NCBI GenBank assembly: GCA_963749075.1
Contig: CAVVLJ010000017.1
Coordinates: 1,056,001 to 1,120,000 of the forward strand
Source: an uncultured Pseudomonadota bacterium
Lineage (GTDB): Bacteria; Pseudomonadota; Alphaproteobacteria; JACZXZ01
Direction of reading: 5' to 3'
Length of the DNA: 64,000 nucleotides
Shown: positions 40,660 to 50,978 of the stretch, one piece after another
Position numbering within the stretch: the stretch's first letter is position 1
How the letters are laid out: each line of letters begins with the position of its first letter
The notes under the pieces: model-generated
What the model saw: only the letters and a program-made list of their open reading frames with translations
Database searches by the model: none
What the model was told of the DNA's origin: nothing
Program-made: the position numbers and the translations under genes

Positions 40660-41888
40660 TCAAGCCTGGCGGTGCCGGCCGGCGCGCGTGCGAGGAGGAG
40701 GGTGACGGTCAAGGAGAGCAGGGCAAGCAAGGCAAAGCCCGGGCCGTAGCTGCCGAGCTGGCGCACGAGCGCCCCGAAGACGGCGGGAGAGAGGGCGTAG
40801 CCGATGAAGATGAAGAAGGTGGCGGCCGAGGTGGCCGCGGCGATCTCGCCCGTGCGCGCGAGGAGGGCGACCTCCGAGAGAATGATGCCGTTCCAGCTCG
40901 CCGAGAAGAAGCCGGTCGAGGCGAGGAGGACGATCGCCGCCGCGGCGTCGCCCGTGCCGCTGACCCAGGCGAGGCCGGCGAGCGCCACGGCCGAGACCAG
41001 CGACAGGCCGGCGAGCGTCTTCGCCGCCGAGCGGACGCGGTCGGCGATCCAGCCCATGAGGATGCGCGCGACGATCGCCGCCCCCTGCATGAGCATGAAG
41101 CCGAGGGCCGCATCGGCGAGCGCCAGGCCGTAGCGCTCGGCGAGGAAGGTCACGGCGAAGGACGCGATGGCGCCCTGCACGCAGGCAAGCGCAAAGCCGC
41201 AGTAGCTGATGACGATGAGGCCCGGCCGTCCGGCAAGCCCGGCGAGCGGTGCAAGGAGGCTGCTGCGGCGAGAGCACGCGCACCATCACGCGGCGGCTCT
41301 CGCGCTGGCGGCCGGCGTCGAGTGCGGCGCGCAGCGGCTGCACGAGCAAGGCGGCGGCGGCGGCGGCCAAGGCGTCGCGGCGACGAGTGCGGTCCGCCAG
41401 CCGCCGTAGGCCGCGAGGAGCGGGAGGACGAGGCCGGCCAGGAGGCCGCCCGCGGGAACCGCCGCCTGCTTCGTCGAGAAGATGAGCGCGCGGTGCTGCC
41501 GCGGCACGGTGCGCGCCAGGATCTCGCTCCCCGCGGGCGGCGAGGGGCCGTATCCGGCGCCGATGGCAAAGGCGCCGACGAGGATGAGGCCGGGGCTGCC
41601 GGCGAGCGCCAGCGCCAGGCCGGCAGCGCCGAGCAGCGCGCCGAGCTGCAGGCTGCGGATGGCGCCGCAGCGCTCAATGATGGGGTTGCCCGCGGCGAGG
41701 AACCACAGCGTGCCGAGCGCGGTGACCGAGGAGATGGTGCCGACCGCCTCGGGCGCCATGCCGGCGGCGGCGGTGAGCGGCGGGCCGAGCACGGGCATGG
41801 CGAGGGTGAGCAAGGCCGCGAAGGCCTGCATGGCGAAGACCGCGGCGAAGGACGAGCGCCAGTCCGGCTCCTTAAGGGGACCGTCCAT
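40660..41888 (-). pseudogene. MFS transporter, frame-disrupted (pseudogene or sequencing indels)
   Basis: MFS-like TM segments in two frames; compensating shifts near 41373 and 41265; C-terminal frame lacks a stop before terB (TGA at 40660 is in another frame). Confidence 0.7.
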
Positions 41889-44628
41889 GCGCCTCCAGGA
41901 ACGCGCGGGTGCCCGCGACCGCGGCGGCGAGGCCGAGGCGCTCGACCGCAACGCCCGGCGGGAAGGCGCCGAGGAGCCGCGAGGGCATCATGGGATCGAG
42001 GAGGACGAAGACGCCGGCGTCGTCGGCGCGCCGCACCAGGCGGCCGAAGGCCTGCTTCAGTCTCAAGCGCGCGATCATGTCCTCGTAGCGCCGGGAGCCG
42101 AAGGCGGCCTTGCGCGCGCGGTGGAGCAGGTTCGGCCGCGCCCATGGCACGCGGTCGAAGACGATGAGGCGGAGCGAGCGGCCCGGCACGTCGACGCCGT
42201 CCCTCACCGCGTCGGTGCCGAGGAGGCAGGCGTCTTGCTCGGCGCGGAAGATGTCGATGAGCGTCGAGGTGTCGAGGGCATCGACGTGCTGGGCCAGGAG
42301 CGGCAGGCCCGCATCCTCGAGCGGCCCTGCTATGCGGCGGTAGACGGCGCGCAGGCGAGTGATCGCGGTGAAGAGGCCGAGCGCGCCGCCGCCCGCCGCG
42401 AGGAAGAGCTCGCGGTAGGCGGCCGCCACCTGGTCGAGGGCATCCTTGCGCACGTCGGTCACCACCATGACGCGCGTCTGGCGCGGATAATCGAAGGGCG
42501 AAGGCACCTGCGCGCGGATCGCCGGCCTGGGCAGGTGGCGCGCACCCGTGCGCGCCTCCGCGGCCTGCCAGTTGGCCGCCACGTCGCCGCTGCCGTCGGT
42601 CAAGGTCGCCGAGGTGACCACGAGGCCGTGGGCGCGGGTCGCCACCTCGGCCGTGAAGGGCACCATGGGGTCGACCCAGTGGCGGTGCATGCCCACGTCC
42701 ACGTCGCGTCCGTCGCTGCGCTCGATGGCGAACCAGTCGACGAACTCGGGCGGCGTCTCGCGGCCAAGGGCTGCGAGCATGGCGATCCAGCTCGCCACCT
42801 CGGCCTCGGCGCGCCGCTCGAGGCTGCGCACGATGGCCTCGATCCTGAGCCGCGCCGGCGTGTCGAGCTCGGCCGCGTCGGCGTCGAGGCGGGCGGAGAG
42901 GCGCTCAGCGAGCGTGCGCATGGGCTCGAGGAGCTGGCCGAGCGCCGCGGCGAGCCGCGCGGCCGCCTCGAGGAGCCCCTCGACCGGGTCGCTCGTCGCC
43001 GTCTCGAGATCGTAAGGGGTGGCGGGATCGGCCGCCCGCGCCGTCACCTGCTGGCGCAAGCGCGCGAGGAAGGCCTCGGCGGGGCCGGACGGATTGCCGC
43101 TGTGGAGGCGCTGCAGCCAGCCGTCGCCGGCGAGCGCGTGCGCCGCCTTGAGGATGCTCTCAAGCGCCGCGGCGGCGGCCGCGTCGTCGGCCACGAGGTC
43201 CTCGACCCGGCGCTTGAGCCCGCGCGCGCGGCTCGCCGCGCGCCCCTCGGCGCCGAGCAGCCAGCGCCTGAGCTCGGCCGTCTCGCGTCCCGAGAGGTGC
43301 GCCGAGAAGGCGCTGTTGGCCGCCTCGAAGACGTGATGGCCCTCGTCGAACACGTAGCGCGTGGGGAGATAGCTGTCGTCGATGCCGCCGAGTGCTGCCT
43401 GCGCCATGACGAGGGCATGGTTGGCGATGACGATCTCGGCGCGCCGCGCGCGGCGCACGCTGCGCTCGATGAAGCACTTCTGGTAGTGCGGACAGGCGGC
43501 ATAGATGCACTCGCCGCGGCGGTCGGCGAGGCCGAGGCTGCGCTCGCGCCCCACAAGATCGACGAGCCAGGCGGGAAAGTCGCCGCCCACCATGTCGCCG
43601 TCGCGCGTCTTGCCGGCCCAGCGCACGAGGAGGCCGAGTGCCGCCGCCTCGCGCGGCTGCTGGCGCAGGCGCTCGCTCGCCTCCTCCAAGTTGAGGAGGC
43701 AGAGGTAGTTCTCGCGGCCCTTGCGGATCACCACCTTGCGCGCCTTCTCGGCGGCGGCGGGGAAGAGGCGGTCGAGCTCGCGGTCGATCTGGTGCTGCAG
43801 GTTGCGCGTGAAGGTGCTGACCCAGACGGGGCCGTCGTTCTTCTCGGCCCAGAGGCTCGCGGGTGCCAGATAGCCGAGCGTCTTGCCGACGCCGGTGCCC
43901 GCCTCGGCCAGCACGAAGTGGGGCACGCCTGCCTCGTTGCGCGGCTGGAAGGCGGCGGCTAGGGCCGAGGCGTAGTCCGCCTGCTCGGGGCGGTCCTCGG
44001 CCTCGGGGCCGAGGAGCTTGGCGAGCCGCTCGCGCGCCTCGGCGGGCGAGACGGGCCTGGTGCCGGCCGGCGGCTCGGGCGCCCACTCCTCGATCGACGG
44101 CAGGCGCCGCCACACGGCGAAGGCGGCACTCCTCTGCCAGATGTCCTCGGCCGCCCCCAGCGCCTGCAGCACCGGACCTCCCCAGGCCCATTCCCCGCGC
44201 GTCATGGCCTGGGCCAGGGCCACGGTCTCCTCGTTGCGCCCCTCCCGTGCCGCGAGCTCGGCCAAGAGCGCCTCCGCCGCCTGGAGGAGCACGTACGCCT
44301 CTTCCTCGAGGCCCGCGGGTATCGGCAGGCCGAGCGCTTGCGCCAAGCCGCGCGCGGTCGGCAGCACGAAGCTCGCCGGGCGCACGAAGGCGTAGAGCTC
44401 GAGGAGGTCGAGGGCGGCCATGCGCTCGACACCGAGCCGGCGCGCCGTGAGCGGGCGGTGGCAGACGAGCGGCGGTGGGGAGCCCGCAAGGCGCCTCAGC
44501 GCCTCGGCGGGCTTGAGCGTCTCGACGACGCCGTCCTCGGAGAGCCAGGCCGCCTGACGCACGCCGACCGCGAGCGCCGGTGCCGAGATGCGGGGAGATT
44601 TGCCGAGAGGAGCCGGGGCCGCGGTCAT
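41872..44628 (-). CDS. DinG-family ATP-dependent DNA helicase
   Basis: EAGTGVGKT, KGRENYLC, IANHAL, FDEGHH, GVDVPG, KQAFGRLVR. Confidence 0.92.
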   Translation of the reverse strand: MTAAPAPLGKSPRISAPALAVGVRQAAWLSEDGVVETLKPAEALRRLAGSPPPLVCHRPLTARRLGVERMAALDLLELYAFVRPASFVLPTARGLAQALGLPIPAGLEEEAYVLLQAAEALLAELAAREGRNEETVALAQAMTRGEWAWGGPVLQALGAAEDIWQRSAAFAVWRRLPSIEEWAPEPPAGTRPVSPAEARERLAKLLGPEAEDRPEQADYASALAAAFQPRNEAGVPHFVLAEAGTGVGKTLGYLAPASLWAEKNDGPVWVSTFTRNLQHQIDRELDRLFPAAAEKARKVVIRKGRENYLCLLNLEEASERLRQQPREAAALGLLVRWAGKTRDGDMVGGDFPAWLVDLVGRERSLGLADRRGECIYAACPHYQKCFIERSVRRARRAEIVIANHALVMAQAALGGIDDSYLPTRYVFDEGHHVFEAANSAFSAHLSGRETAELRRWLLGAEGRAASRARGLKRRVEDLVADDAAAAAALESILKAAHALAGDGWLQRLHSGNPSGPAEAFLARLRQQVTARAADPATPYDLETATSDPVEGLLEAAARLAAALGQLLEPMRTLAERLSARLDADAAELDTPARLRIEAIVRSLERRAEAEVASWIAMLAALGRETPPEFVDWFAIERSDGRDVDVGMHRHWVDPMVPFTAEVATRAHGLVVTSATLTDGSGDVAANWQAAEARTGARHLPRPAIRAQVPSPFDYPRQTRVMVVTDVRKDALDQVAAAYRELFLAAGGGALGLFTAITRLRAVYRRIAGPLEDAGLPLLAQHVDALDTSTLIDIFRAEQDACLLGTDAVRDGVDVPGRSLRLIVFDRVPWARPNLLHRARKAAFGSRRYEDMIARLRLKQAFGRLVRRADDAGVFVLLDPMMPSRLLGAFPPGVAVERLGLAAAVAGTRAFLEAHGRSP

Positions 44629-44654
44629 TTGGCGAGTATATCGCGGACGGTGCC

Positions 44655-44796
44655 GTCCCTCACCCTCCCATGGCCTGGCGGCCATGGGCGCCTCCCTCTC
44701 CCGCTCGCGGGAGAGGGGGTTAGGCGCGTCCTCCCCCTCTCCCGCTCGCGGGAGAGGGAAGGGGCCCATCCCGAAGGGATGGGAAGGGTGAGGGAC
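44655..44796. repeat. Palindromic intergenic element family A, copy 1
   Basis: Terminal IR GTCCCTCACCCT/AGGGTGAGGGAC with two internal CCCTCTCCC..GGGAGAGGG hairpins. Confidence 0.85.
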
Positions 44797-44810
44797 CGCT
44801 CCCCCGCCCC

Positions 44811-46121
44811 TCACCAGGGCAAGATCGCCGGCGCGTAGCTCTCGATGCGGTCTTTCACCACCATGACCGGCTCGATGCCGTAGAGCCGGCGCGCGTTCTC
44901 GCCGAGGAGCTTCTTCTGCACGGCACCGGGCACGTCGAACTCGTTCATGTGGTGGAGCCCGTCCCAGGCGTCCTCGGCGTCGTGGTGGGGATAGTCGGAG
45001 GACCAGATGGCCACGTCTTCGAAGAGGTCCCAGAGGCGGTAGACGAGGGTCTCGTCCGACTCGAAGCCGATGAAGCAGCGCTCGCGGAAGATCTCGACCG
45101 GGTCGCGGAGCGGCCGATTGTCGCGCTGGAAGGCGAAGAGGTTGGAGAAGTTGCTCGAGCGCGAGAGCACGAGCGGCAGCCAGGAGGCGTTCGACTCGAG
45201 CACCGCCGCCTTGAGCTTGGGGAACTTCTCGAGCCAGCCGGTCATCACCACCGTGGTCACCCAGGTCATCGCCTCCATGATGAAGCCGAGCGTCTCCGAG
45301 GCGTCGATGCCCGGGTCCATGGCGGAGGTGATGTTGGAGACGAACTGGCCCGGCGAATAGACCACCGCCTCGTCGGTGAAGAGGAGGCCCTGGCCCGAGG
45401 CGCCGCGCGCGTCCGCCATGCGCCGCGCCCAGTCGGGCGTCAGCGCCTCGCGCGAGGGGAAGGTGTGCATGGCAAGCACCAGCCCGAGCGCCTCGAACTC
45501 GCGCCAGAGGGGGTCGAACTCGGCGAGCGTGGGATAGCGGCCGTTCCACAGGCAGGGGCGCACGGCGGCCGCCTTGAAGCCGAGCTTGGCGGTGCGGCGC
45601 AGCTCCTCGATCGCGGCCTCGACGCTCTGGAGCGCCAACACGGCGCAGGGAAAGAGCCGCTTGCGGTCGGCAGCACAGTAGTCGTGCGCCCAGTCGTTGT
45701 AGGCGCGCGCGAGGATGGCCGCGGGCTTGGGATCGCGCACGAGAGCCAGGCGCACGAACCAGGTGGGGAAGAGCATCACCTGGTCGGTGCCGAGCGCGTC
45801 CATGTCCTTGAGGCGGGCGTGCGGGTCGCGGCAGCCGAGGAGCCGGCCGAACTTCCGCTGCCACTCGGCAGTGCCGGGCTTGAGCTTCCCCACTTCCCTC
45901 TTGTCCCAGCGCGCCCAGCCGACCTCGGCGGCGTTCGAGCGCTCGCGCGCCGCCGGCACCACGCGGCCGTTGATCATGAGCAGATCGCCGTCCGTGTGGA
46001 AGCAGAACTGCGTCTTGACCCACGACCGCACGGCGGCCGGGACATACTCCTCCCAGATGAGCGGCGGCTCGACCACGTGGCTGTCGCAGTCGAAGACCGG
46101 AAAGCTCTTCGCCGTCGCCAT
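44811..46121 (-). CDS. Amidohydrolase-2 family protein
   Basis: DCDSHVVEP, AYNDW, MH, ESNASW, SDYPH. Confidence 0.88.
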   Translation of the reverse strand: MATAKSFPVFDCDSHVVEPPLIWEEYVPAAVRSWVKTQFCFHTDGDLLMINGRVVPAARERSNAAEVGWARWDKREVGKLKPGTAEWQRKFGRLLGCRDPHARLKDMDALGTDQVMLFPTWFVRLALVRDPKPAAILARAYNDWAHDYCAADRKRLFPCAVLALQSVEAAIEELRRTAKLGFKAAAVRPCLWNGRYPTLAEFDPLWREFEALGLVLAMHTFPSREALTPDWARRMADARGASGQGLLFTDEAVVYSPGQFVSNITSAMDPGIDASETLGFIMEAMTWVTTVVMTGWLEKFPKLKAAVLESNASWLPLVLSRSSNFSNLFAFQRDNRPLRDPVEIFRERCFIGFESDETLVYRLWDLFEDVAIWSSDYPHHDAEDAWDGLHHMNEFDVPGAVQKKLLGENARRLYGIEPVMVVKDRIESYAPAILPW

Positions 46122-46172
46122 GGCGTCCTCCCTGGTCGAACTCTTCCAAGGATGGCCACCCTTGTGGGTCAA
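45946..46172. repeat. Direct repeat copy 1 (amidohydrolase 5' end plus upstream region)
   Basis: Aligns with 47276-47499 at an offset of 1330 bp, with scattered substitutions. Confidence 0.88.
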
Positions 46173-46241
46173 CCCCGGCGCTGCGGCCGCGATATTGCGG
46201 AAGCGATCGTCCCGCTACCGTCCGGCGCAAATTCCGGCGAC

Positions 46242-46733
46242 TTAGCCGGCCTTTTTCGGGCGCGTCGGCATCGCCTGGCGCCGGAACTCCGCATCGGCCC
46301 TCTTCTTCTGCGCGTCCGAGAAAGACGCGTAAAGCGCCTCGAATGCGGTTGCGAGCTTGTTCACGCCAGCGGCATGGGCGTCGGCGATCGCCGCGTAGGT
46401 GTGCAAATCATCGACCGCGGTCATGGTCTTCGCATTGGCCGCCCGCTCCGCGATCAGCGCGCGGATCGTCTTGGCGTTATCGCGCATCGTGTCGGCGACC
46501 GCTTGCCAGAGTTGCTCCTGGTCGGCGGTGATCCTGAGGGTGTGGTGGAGCGATTTGATGCGCGTCTCGACGCGGTCGACCGGGGCGGCTTTTGCCGCCG
46601 GTGCCGGTGCTGCGGTCGCCGGTGCAGGCGAGGCCTGTGCCATCGCAGTCGAGGGAAGAATGAGCAGGGCCGCGCCGAGAATTGCCGCCGCGGCAAAGGC
46701 GCTGCCGATTCGAGGGGTCATGTGAAGCATCAT
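46242..46733 (-). CDS. Spy/CpxP (LTXXQ)-like periplasmic protein
   Basis: Signal peptide, LRITADQEQLW, LYASFSDAQKKRAD..F. Confidence 0.8.
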   Translation of the reverse strand: MMLHMTPRIGSAFAAAAILGAALLILPSTAMAQASPAPATAAPAPAAKAAPVDRVETRIKSLHHTLRITADQEQLWQAVADTMRDNAKTIRALIAERAANAKTMTAVDDLHTYAAIADAHAAGVNKLATAFEALYASFSDAQKKRADAEFRRQAMPTRPKKAG

Positions 46734-46781
46734 GTGAATCCCGCTACGTGAGTTTCCGTTGGGTGCTCTTGTCTCGGCTCG

Positions 46782-47099
46782 TCAGCGACGCGCCCCGCCG
46801 CCGTGTCCGCCGCTGCCATGTCCGCCGCCGCCGTGGCCGCGCCCGCCGCCGCCGTAGTTTCCGCCGAAGCCGATCCCGGGGAAGAAGCCGTCGATGACGA
46901 TGGGCGGCTGATAGACGGGCGGCGCTACCACATAGGGCGGCGGCACATAGGTCGGCGGCGCGCCTGGGTAGCATTGCCCGTCGCTAGCCAGGTAATAGCC
47001 CTGCGGGCAAACCGGGGGCGTCTGCGCATCGGCCGGTGCTGCGCCGGCCCATGTTCCGAGGGCGACAGCGATGACGCTTGGCAGGAAAACTCTCCACAT
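46782..47099 (-). CDS. Small exported Pro/Gly/His-rich hypothetical protein
   Basis: Signal peptide, CPQGYY..DGQC, YVPPPY, GGGGH repeats. Confidence 0.6.
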   Translation of the reverse strand: MWRVFLPSVIAVALGTWAGAAPADAQTPPVCPQGYYLASDGQCYPGAPPTYVPPPYVVAPPVYQPPIVIDGFFPGIGFGGNYGGGGRGHGGGGHGSGGHGGGARR

Positions 47100-47275
47100 C
47101 GGACGGGCTCCGACAGCAAGAATTCGCAGCGCACTCTACTCGCACTTTGCGGGCGCGACAATGGTGTTAACCGAAGTTCCCAAGTGGCCCAATGCATCAT
47201 CAAGCGGTCACGGCGGGTCGTGCCGAGAACCTCGACGCATGCCGGCCAGCGGCCAGCGCGGCAGCGAGATCGGGA

Positions 47276-47499
47276 CGCGCCGCCAGCACCATGCGGCCGT
47301 TGATCATGAGCAGCTCGCCGTCCGTGTGGCAGCAGAACTGCGTCTTGACCCACGACCGCACCGCGGCCGAGACATACTCCTCCCAGATGAGGGGCGGCTC
47401 GACCACGTGGCTGTCGCAGTCGAACACGGGAAAATTCTTTGTCGTTGCCATGGCGTCCTCCCAAGCCGAACCCTTCCAGGGAAGGCCGTCCTTGTCAAC
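47276..47499 (-). pseudogene. Truncated 5' duplicate of the amidohydrolase gene (direct repeat copy 2)
   Basis: ATG 47451 gives MATTKNFPVFDCDSHVVEPPLIWEEYV..NGRMVLAAR, then similarity ends at about 47276. Confidence 0.85.
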
Positions 47500-47587
47500 G
47501 AGACCCCGCTGATCTCGATCAATGCGCGCCCGCCTCCGCCCGGCGCAGCATGATCGACGCCTCCATACGAGAGAGGAGATGCCGCAC

Positions 47588-47953
47588 ATGATCGAGCTCA
47601 TCGAAGGTTTTCCGAGCAACGTCGTCGCGGCGGTCGCCACCGGCCACGTCTCGCGGCAGGATTACGACACGGTGCTGATCTCGCGCGTCAAGGCGGCCGC
47701 GAAGGAGCACGCGAAAATCCGCTGCTATTACGAGCTCGGCGCCGATTTCGCGGGCATGGCGCCGGGCGCCGCCTGGGAGGATTTCGTGCTTGGAATGGAG
47801 TTTCTGACGCGCTGGGAGCGCGTCGCCACGGTGACCGATGTCCCCTGGATCGCCTTTGCGGTCAATGCCCTCCGCTTCCTCATGCCGGCAGAGATGCGGG
47901 TGTTTCCGCTGAGCGGGAAGGAGGCGGCGCGCGCCTGGATCGCAGCGGCGTGA
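47588..47953 (+). CDS. SpoIIAA-like (STAS/SEC14) protein
   Basis: VVAAVATG.V..DY, AAWED, WERVA.VTD..WI, EAARAWI. Confidence 0.85.
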   Translation: MIELIEGFPSNVVAAVATGHVSRQDYDTVLISRVKAAAKEHAKIRCYYELGADFAGMAPGAAWEDFVLGMEFLTRWERVATVTDVPWIAFAVNALRFLMPAEMRVFPLSGKEAARAWIAAA

Positions 47954-48036
47954 GCGAGTAGGGACGCGGCCGCCCGCCGTTGCAGTTGACCCGAGAGCCG
48001 GCTCTGCCTAGAACCTCGACACATGAGGACTAGGCC

Positions 48037-49626
48037 ATGACGAGCGAACGCGAGCTGGCGGAGAAGGCGCGCGCCTGGCCGTTCGAGGAGGCGCGCCGGC
48101 TTCTCGCGCGGGCGGGCGGCGCCGTGCCGGCCAAGGGCTATCTCCTCTTCGAGACGGGCTACGGCCCCTCGGGCCTGCCGCACATCGGCACCTTCGGCGA
48201 GGTCGCGCGCACCACCATGGTGCGCCACGCCTTCCGCCGCCTCTCGGACCTGCCCACGCGGCTCTTCGCCTTCTCCGACGACATGGACGGCCTGCGCAAG
48301 GTGCCCGACAACGTGCCCAACCGCGAGATGCTGGCGCAGCATCTCGGCAAGCCCTTGACCGCGATCCCCGATCCCTTCGGCACCCACGAGAGCTTCGGCG
48401 CGCACAATAACGCGCGCCTCAGGAGCTTCCTCGACGCCTTCGGTTTCGAGTACGAGTTCAAGAGTGCCACCGAGTGCTACCGGGCCGGCCTCTTCGACGA
48501 GAAGCTCAAGGCCGTGCTGCGCCACTACGACGAGGTGATGGCCGTGGTGCTGCCCACTCTGGGACCCGAGCGGCGCGCCACCTACAGCCCCTTCCTCCCC
48601 GTCTCGCCGAAGACCGGCATCGTGCTGCAGGTGCCGATGGTCGAGCGCAAGCCCGAGGCCGGCACCGTCGTCTACCGCGATCCGGAGGGCGGCTCGCTCG
48701 TCGAGGTGCCGGTCACGGGCGGACGCTGCAAGCTGCAATGGAAGGTCGATTGGGCGATGCGCTGGGCGGCACTCGGCGTCGATTACGAGATGTCGGGCAA
48801 GGACCTCATCGATTCCGTCAAGCTCTCGAGCGCCATCGTGCGCGTGCTGGGTGCCGCCCCGCCCGAGAGCTTCACCTACGAGCTCTTCCTCGACGAGCAG
48901 GGCGAGAAGATCTCGAAGTCGCGCGGCAATGGGCTCGCGATCGAGGAGTGGCTCGCCTATGCGCCGCCCGAGAGCCTCTCGCTCTACATGTACCAGAGGC
49001 CGCGCGCGGCGAAGCGGCTCTATTTCGATGTCATCCCCAAAAGCGTCGACGAGTATCTGGCCCTCCTCGACGCCTATCCCGGGCAGTCCGCGGCCGAGCG
49101 CCTCGAGAACCCGGTGTGGCACGTCCACGACGGCAAGCCGCCGGCAGGCGAGCTGCCGATCGGCTTCGCCCTCCTCTTAACCCTCGCGGGCGTCTGCCAT
49201 GCCGAGGACAAGACGGTGATGTGGGGCTTCATCTCGCGCTATGCGCCGGGTGCAGCACCCGAGAACCATCCCCTCCTCGACCGCCTCGTCGGCTACGCGC
49301 TCGCCTATTACCGCGACTTCGTGAAGCCCAAGAAGCGCTACCGCGCGCCCGACGAGAAGGAGCGCGCGGCGCTGGAGGAGCTCCTTAACCTGCTCGAGCG
49401 GCTGCCCGCTGCGAGCGCGGGTGCCGACATCCAGACCGAGATCTACGAGATCGGCAAGCGCCACGGCTTCGCCAACTTACGCAACTGGTTCAAGGCGCTC
49501 TACGAGGTGCTGCTCGGCCAGAGCGAGGGGCCGCGCATGGGGCCGTTCATCGCGCTCTATGGCGTGCCGGAGACCATCTCGCTCTTAAGAAAGGCGCTCG
49601 CCGGCGAGGATTTGAGCGCGGCGTAA
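48037..49626 (+). CDS. lysS: Lysine--tRNA ligase, class I
   Basis: [33 protein letters not shown]. Confidence 0.96.
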   Translation: MTSERELAEKARAWPFEEARRLLARAGGAVPAKGYLLFETGYGPSGLPHIGTFGEVARTTMVRHAFRRLSDLPTRLFAFSDDMDGLRKVPDNVPNREMLAQHLGKPLTAIPDPFGTHESFGAHNNARLRSFLDAFGFEYEFKSATECYRAGLFDEKLKAVLRHYDEVMAVVLPTLGPERRATYSPFLPVSPKTGIVLQVPMVERKPEAGTVVYRDPEGGSLVEVPVTGGRCKLQWKVDWAMRWAALGVDYEMSGKDLIDSVKLSSAIVRVLGAAPPESFTYELFLDEQGEKISKSRGNGLAIEEWLAYAPPESLSLYMYQRPRAAKRLYFDVIPKSVDEYLALLDAYPGQSAAERLENPVWHVHDGKPPAGELPIGFALLLTLAGVCHAEDKTVMWGFISRYAPGAAPENHPLLDRLVGYALAYYRDFVKPKKRYRAPDEKERAALEELLNLLERLPAASAGADIQTEIYEIGKRHGFANLRNWFKALYEVLLGQSEGPRMGPFIALYGVPETISLLRKALAGEDLSAA

Positions 49627-49646
49627 AGGCCGTGTCCATCGCGCCC

Positions 49647-49782
49647 TCCCTCACCCTTCCCATCCCTTCGGGATGGGCCCCTTCCCTCTCCCGCAAGCGG
49701 TAGAGGGAGATTACGCGTATTTGCCCTCTCCCGCGTGCGGGAGAGGGAGGGACCCATTGCGAAGCAATGGGAGGGTGAGGGA
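49647..49782. repeat. Palindromic intergenic element family A, copy 2
   Basis: TCCCTCACCCT/AGGGTGAGGGA ends, two internal CCCTCTCCC hairpins. Confidence 0.85.
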
Positions 49783-49809
49783 CCCCGCGAATATTATGAG
49801 GTCTCACTC

Positions 49810-50361
49810 ATGCCAGCGCTGCCCACCCTCCTCACCGTCGGGCATTCGAACCGCCCGCTCGAGACGCTCATCGCCATGCTTGCGGCGCACGGCGTGAATC
49901 GGCTCGTCGATATCCGCACCATCCCGCGCTCGCGCCACAATCCCCAGTTCAACCGCGAGACGCTGCCGGATGCCTTGGCCGCCGCCGGCATCGTCTACGC
50001 GCACCGCAAGGGTCTCGGCGGCCTGCGCCGGCCGCGCGCGGACTCGAGGAACACCGGCTGGCGCAACAAGGGCTTCCGCGGCTTCGCGGACTACATGGAG
50101 ACGGATGAGTTCTCGAGCGAGCTCGCGGCCGTGGCCGCCGAGGCGAAGGAAGCAACGCTTGCCGTCATGTGCGCCGAAGCCGTGCCGTGGCGCTGCCACC
50201 GCTCGCTCATCTCGGACGCGCTCCTCGTGCGCGGCCACGCCGTCGAGCACATCATGAGCGCCGAGCGCCGCGATCCCCACCGCCTCACCCCCTTCGCTCG
50301 CGTCGAGGGCACGCGCATCCTTTATCCGCCGGAGGAGGCGACATTGCCGGGTATCGGGTGA
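49810..50361 (+). CDS. DUF488-family protein
   Basis: TVGHSNR, VDIRTIPRSR.NPQFN, LGG, MCAEAVPWRCHR. Confidence 0.88.
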   Translation: MPALPTLLTVGHSNRPLETLIAMLAAHGVNRLVDIRTIPRSRHNPQFNRETLPDALAAAGIVYAHRKGLGGLRRPRADSRNTGWRNKGFRGFADYMETDEFSSELAAVAAEAKEATLAVMCAEAVPWRCHRSLISDALLVRGHAVEHIMSAERRDPHRLTPFARVEGTRILYPPEEATLPGIG

Positions 50362-50421
50362 GCATGGCCGGCAAAGCGTGGCGTGATATGATGCAAGGGT
50401 GTCGCGGACTGGCCGCGGTGC

Positions 50422-50533
50422 GTCCTTCGAGACGTTCGCTGCGCTCGCTCCTCAGGACGAAGGGCAACCCTTCTGCCACACACGAAATGACCTCGTCCTG
50501 AGGAGCAACCCGAAGGGTTGCGTCTCGAAGGAC
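50422..50533. repeat. Palindromic intergenic element family B, copy 1
   Basis: Terminal IR GTCCTTCGAGACG/CGTCTCGAAGGAC, inner CTCCTCAGG/CCTGAGGAG. Confidence 0.82.
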
Positions 50534-50567
50534 CTACGACGGAACTGCAGGAACTCCTTGACAGGCA

Positions 50568-50942
50568 ATGGCCAAAATGAGGACCGCCAGGATTCGCACC
50601 CGCAAGGATAGCCCGGCTGCCTTGAGCGAGCTCGGCGAGGCATTCGTTCGGACCTGGAAATCGGGAAGAGCCGGGGCTCACGTCTTCGAGTTCGAGTCGC
50701 CCAAATCGCTCTTCCGAGCGCTCACTCCCAAGCGCTGGGAGCTCGTGGAACGGCTTCAGGCCTCCGGCCCGAGCAGCCTGCGCGGTCTCTCGCGCGCGCT
50801 CGGCCGCGACGTGAAGCGCGTGCACGACGATGCGGCGCTGCTGCTGGACTATGGGCTCATCGAGCGCAATGCCGCGGGCAGGCTCCTCGTGCCCTACGAC
50901 GTCATCCACATCGATTTCGACTTGCGCGCGACGGCCGCCTGA
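50568..50942 (+). CDS. HVO_A0114-like winged-helix DNA-binding protein (antitoxin-like)
   Basis: FES..L..LTPKRWEL, S.R.LSR.LGRDVK.VH.D, GLIE, PYD.IH. Confidence 0.75.
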   Translation: MAKMRTARIRTRKDSPAALSELGEAFVRTWKSGRAGAHVFEFESPKSLFRALTPKRWELVERLQASGPSSLRGLSRALGRDVKRVHDDAALLLDYGLIERNAAGRLLVPYDVIHIDFDLRATAA

Positions 50943-50978
50943 GTTTTCGCCGCCGGCTTCCGAGCGCCGGCGAAAGCC

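Noticed and set aside
41872-46230. 1452-aa giant DinG fusion
   Set aside because: The upstream part is an off-frame read of the amidohydrolase and repeat A; helicase homology starts near 44628
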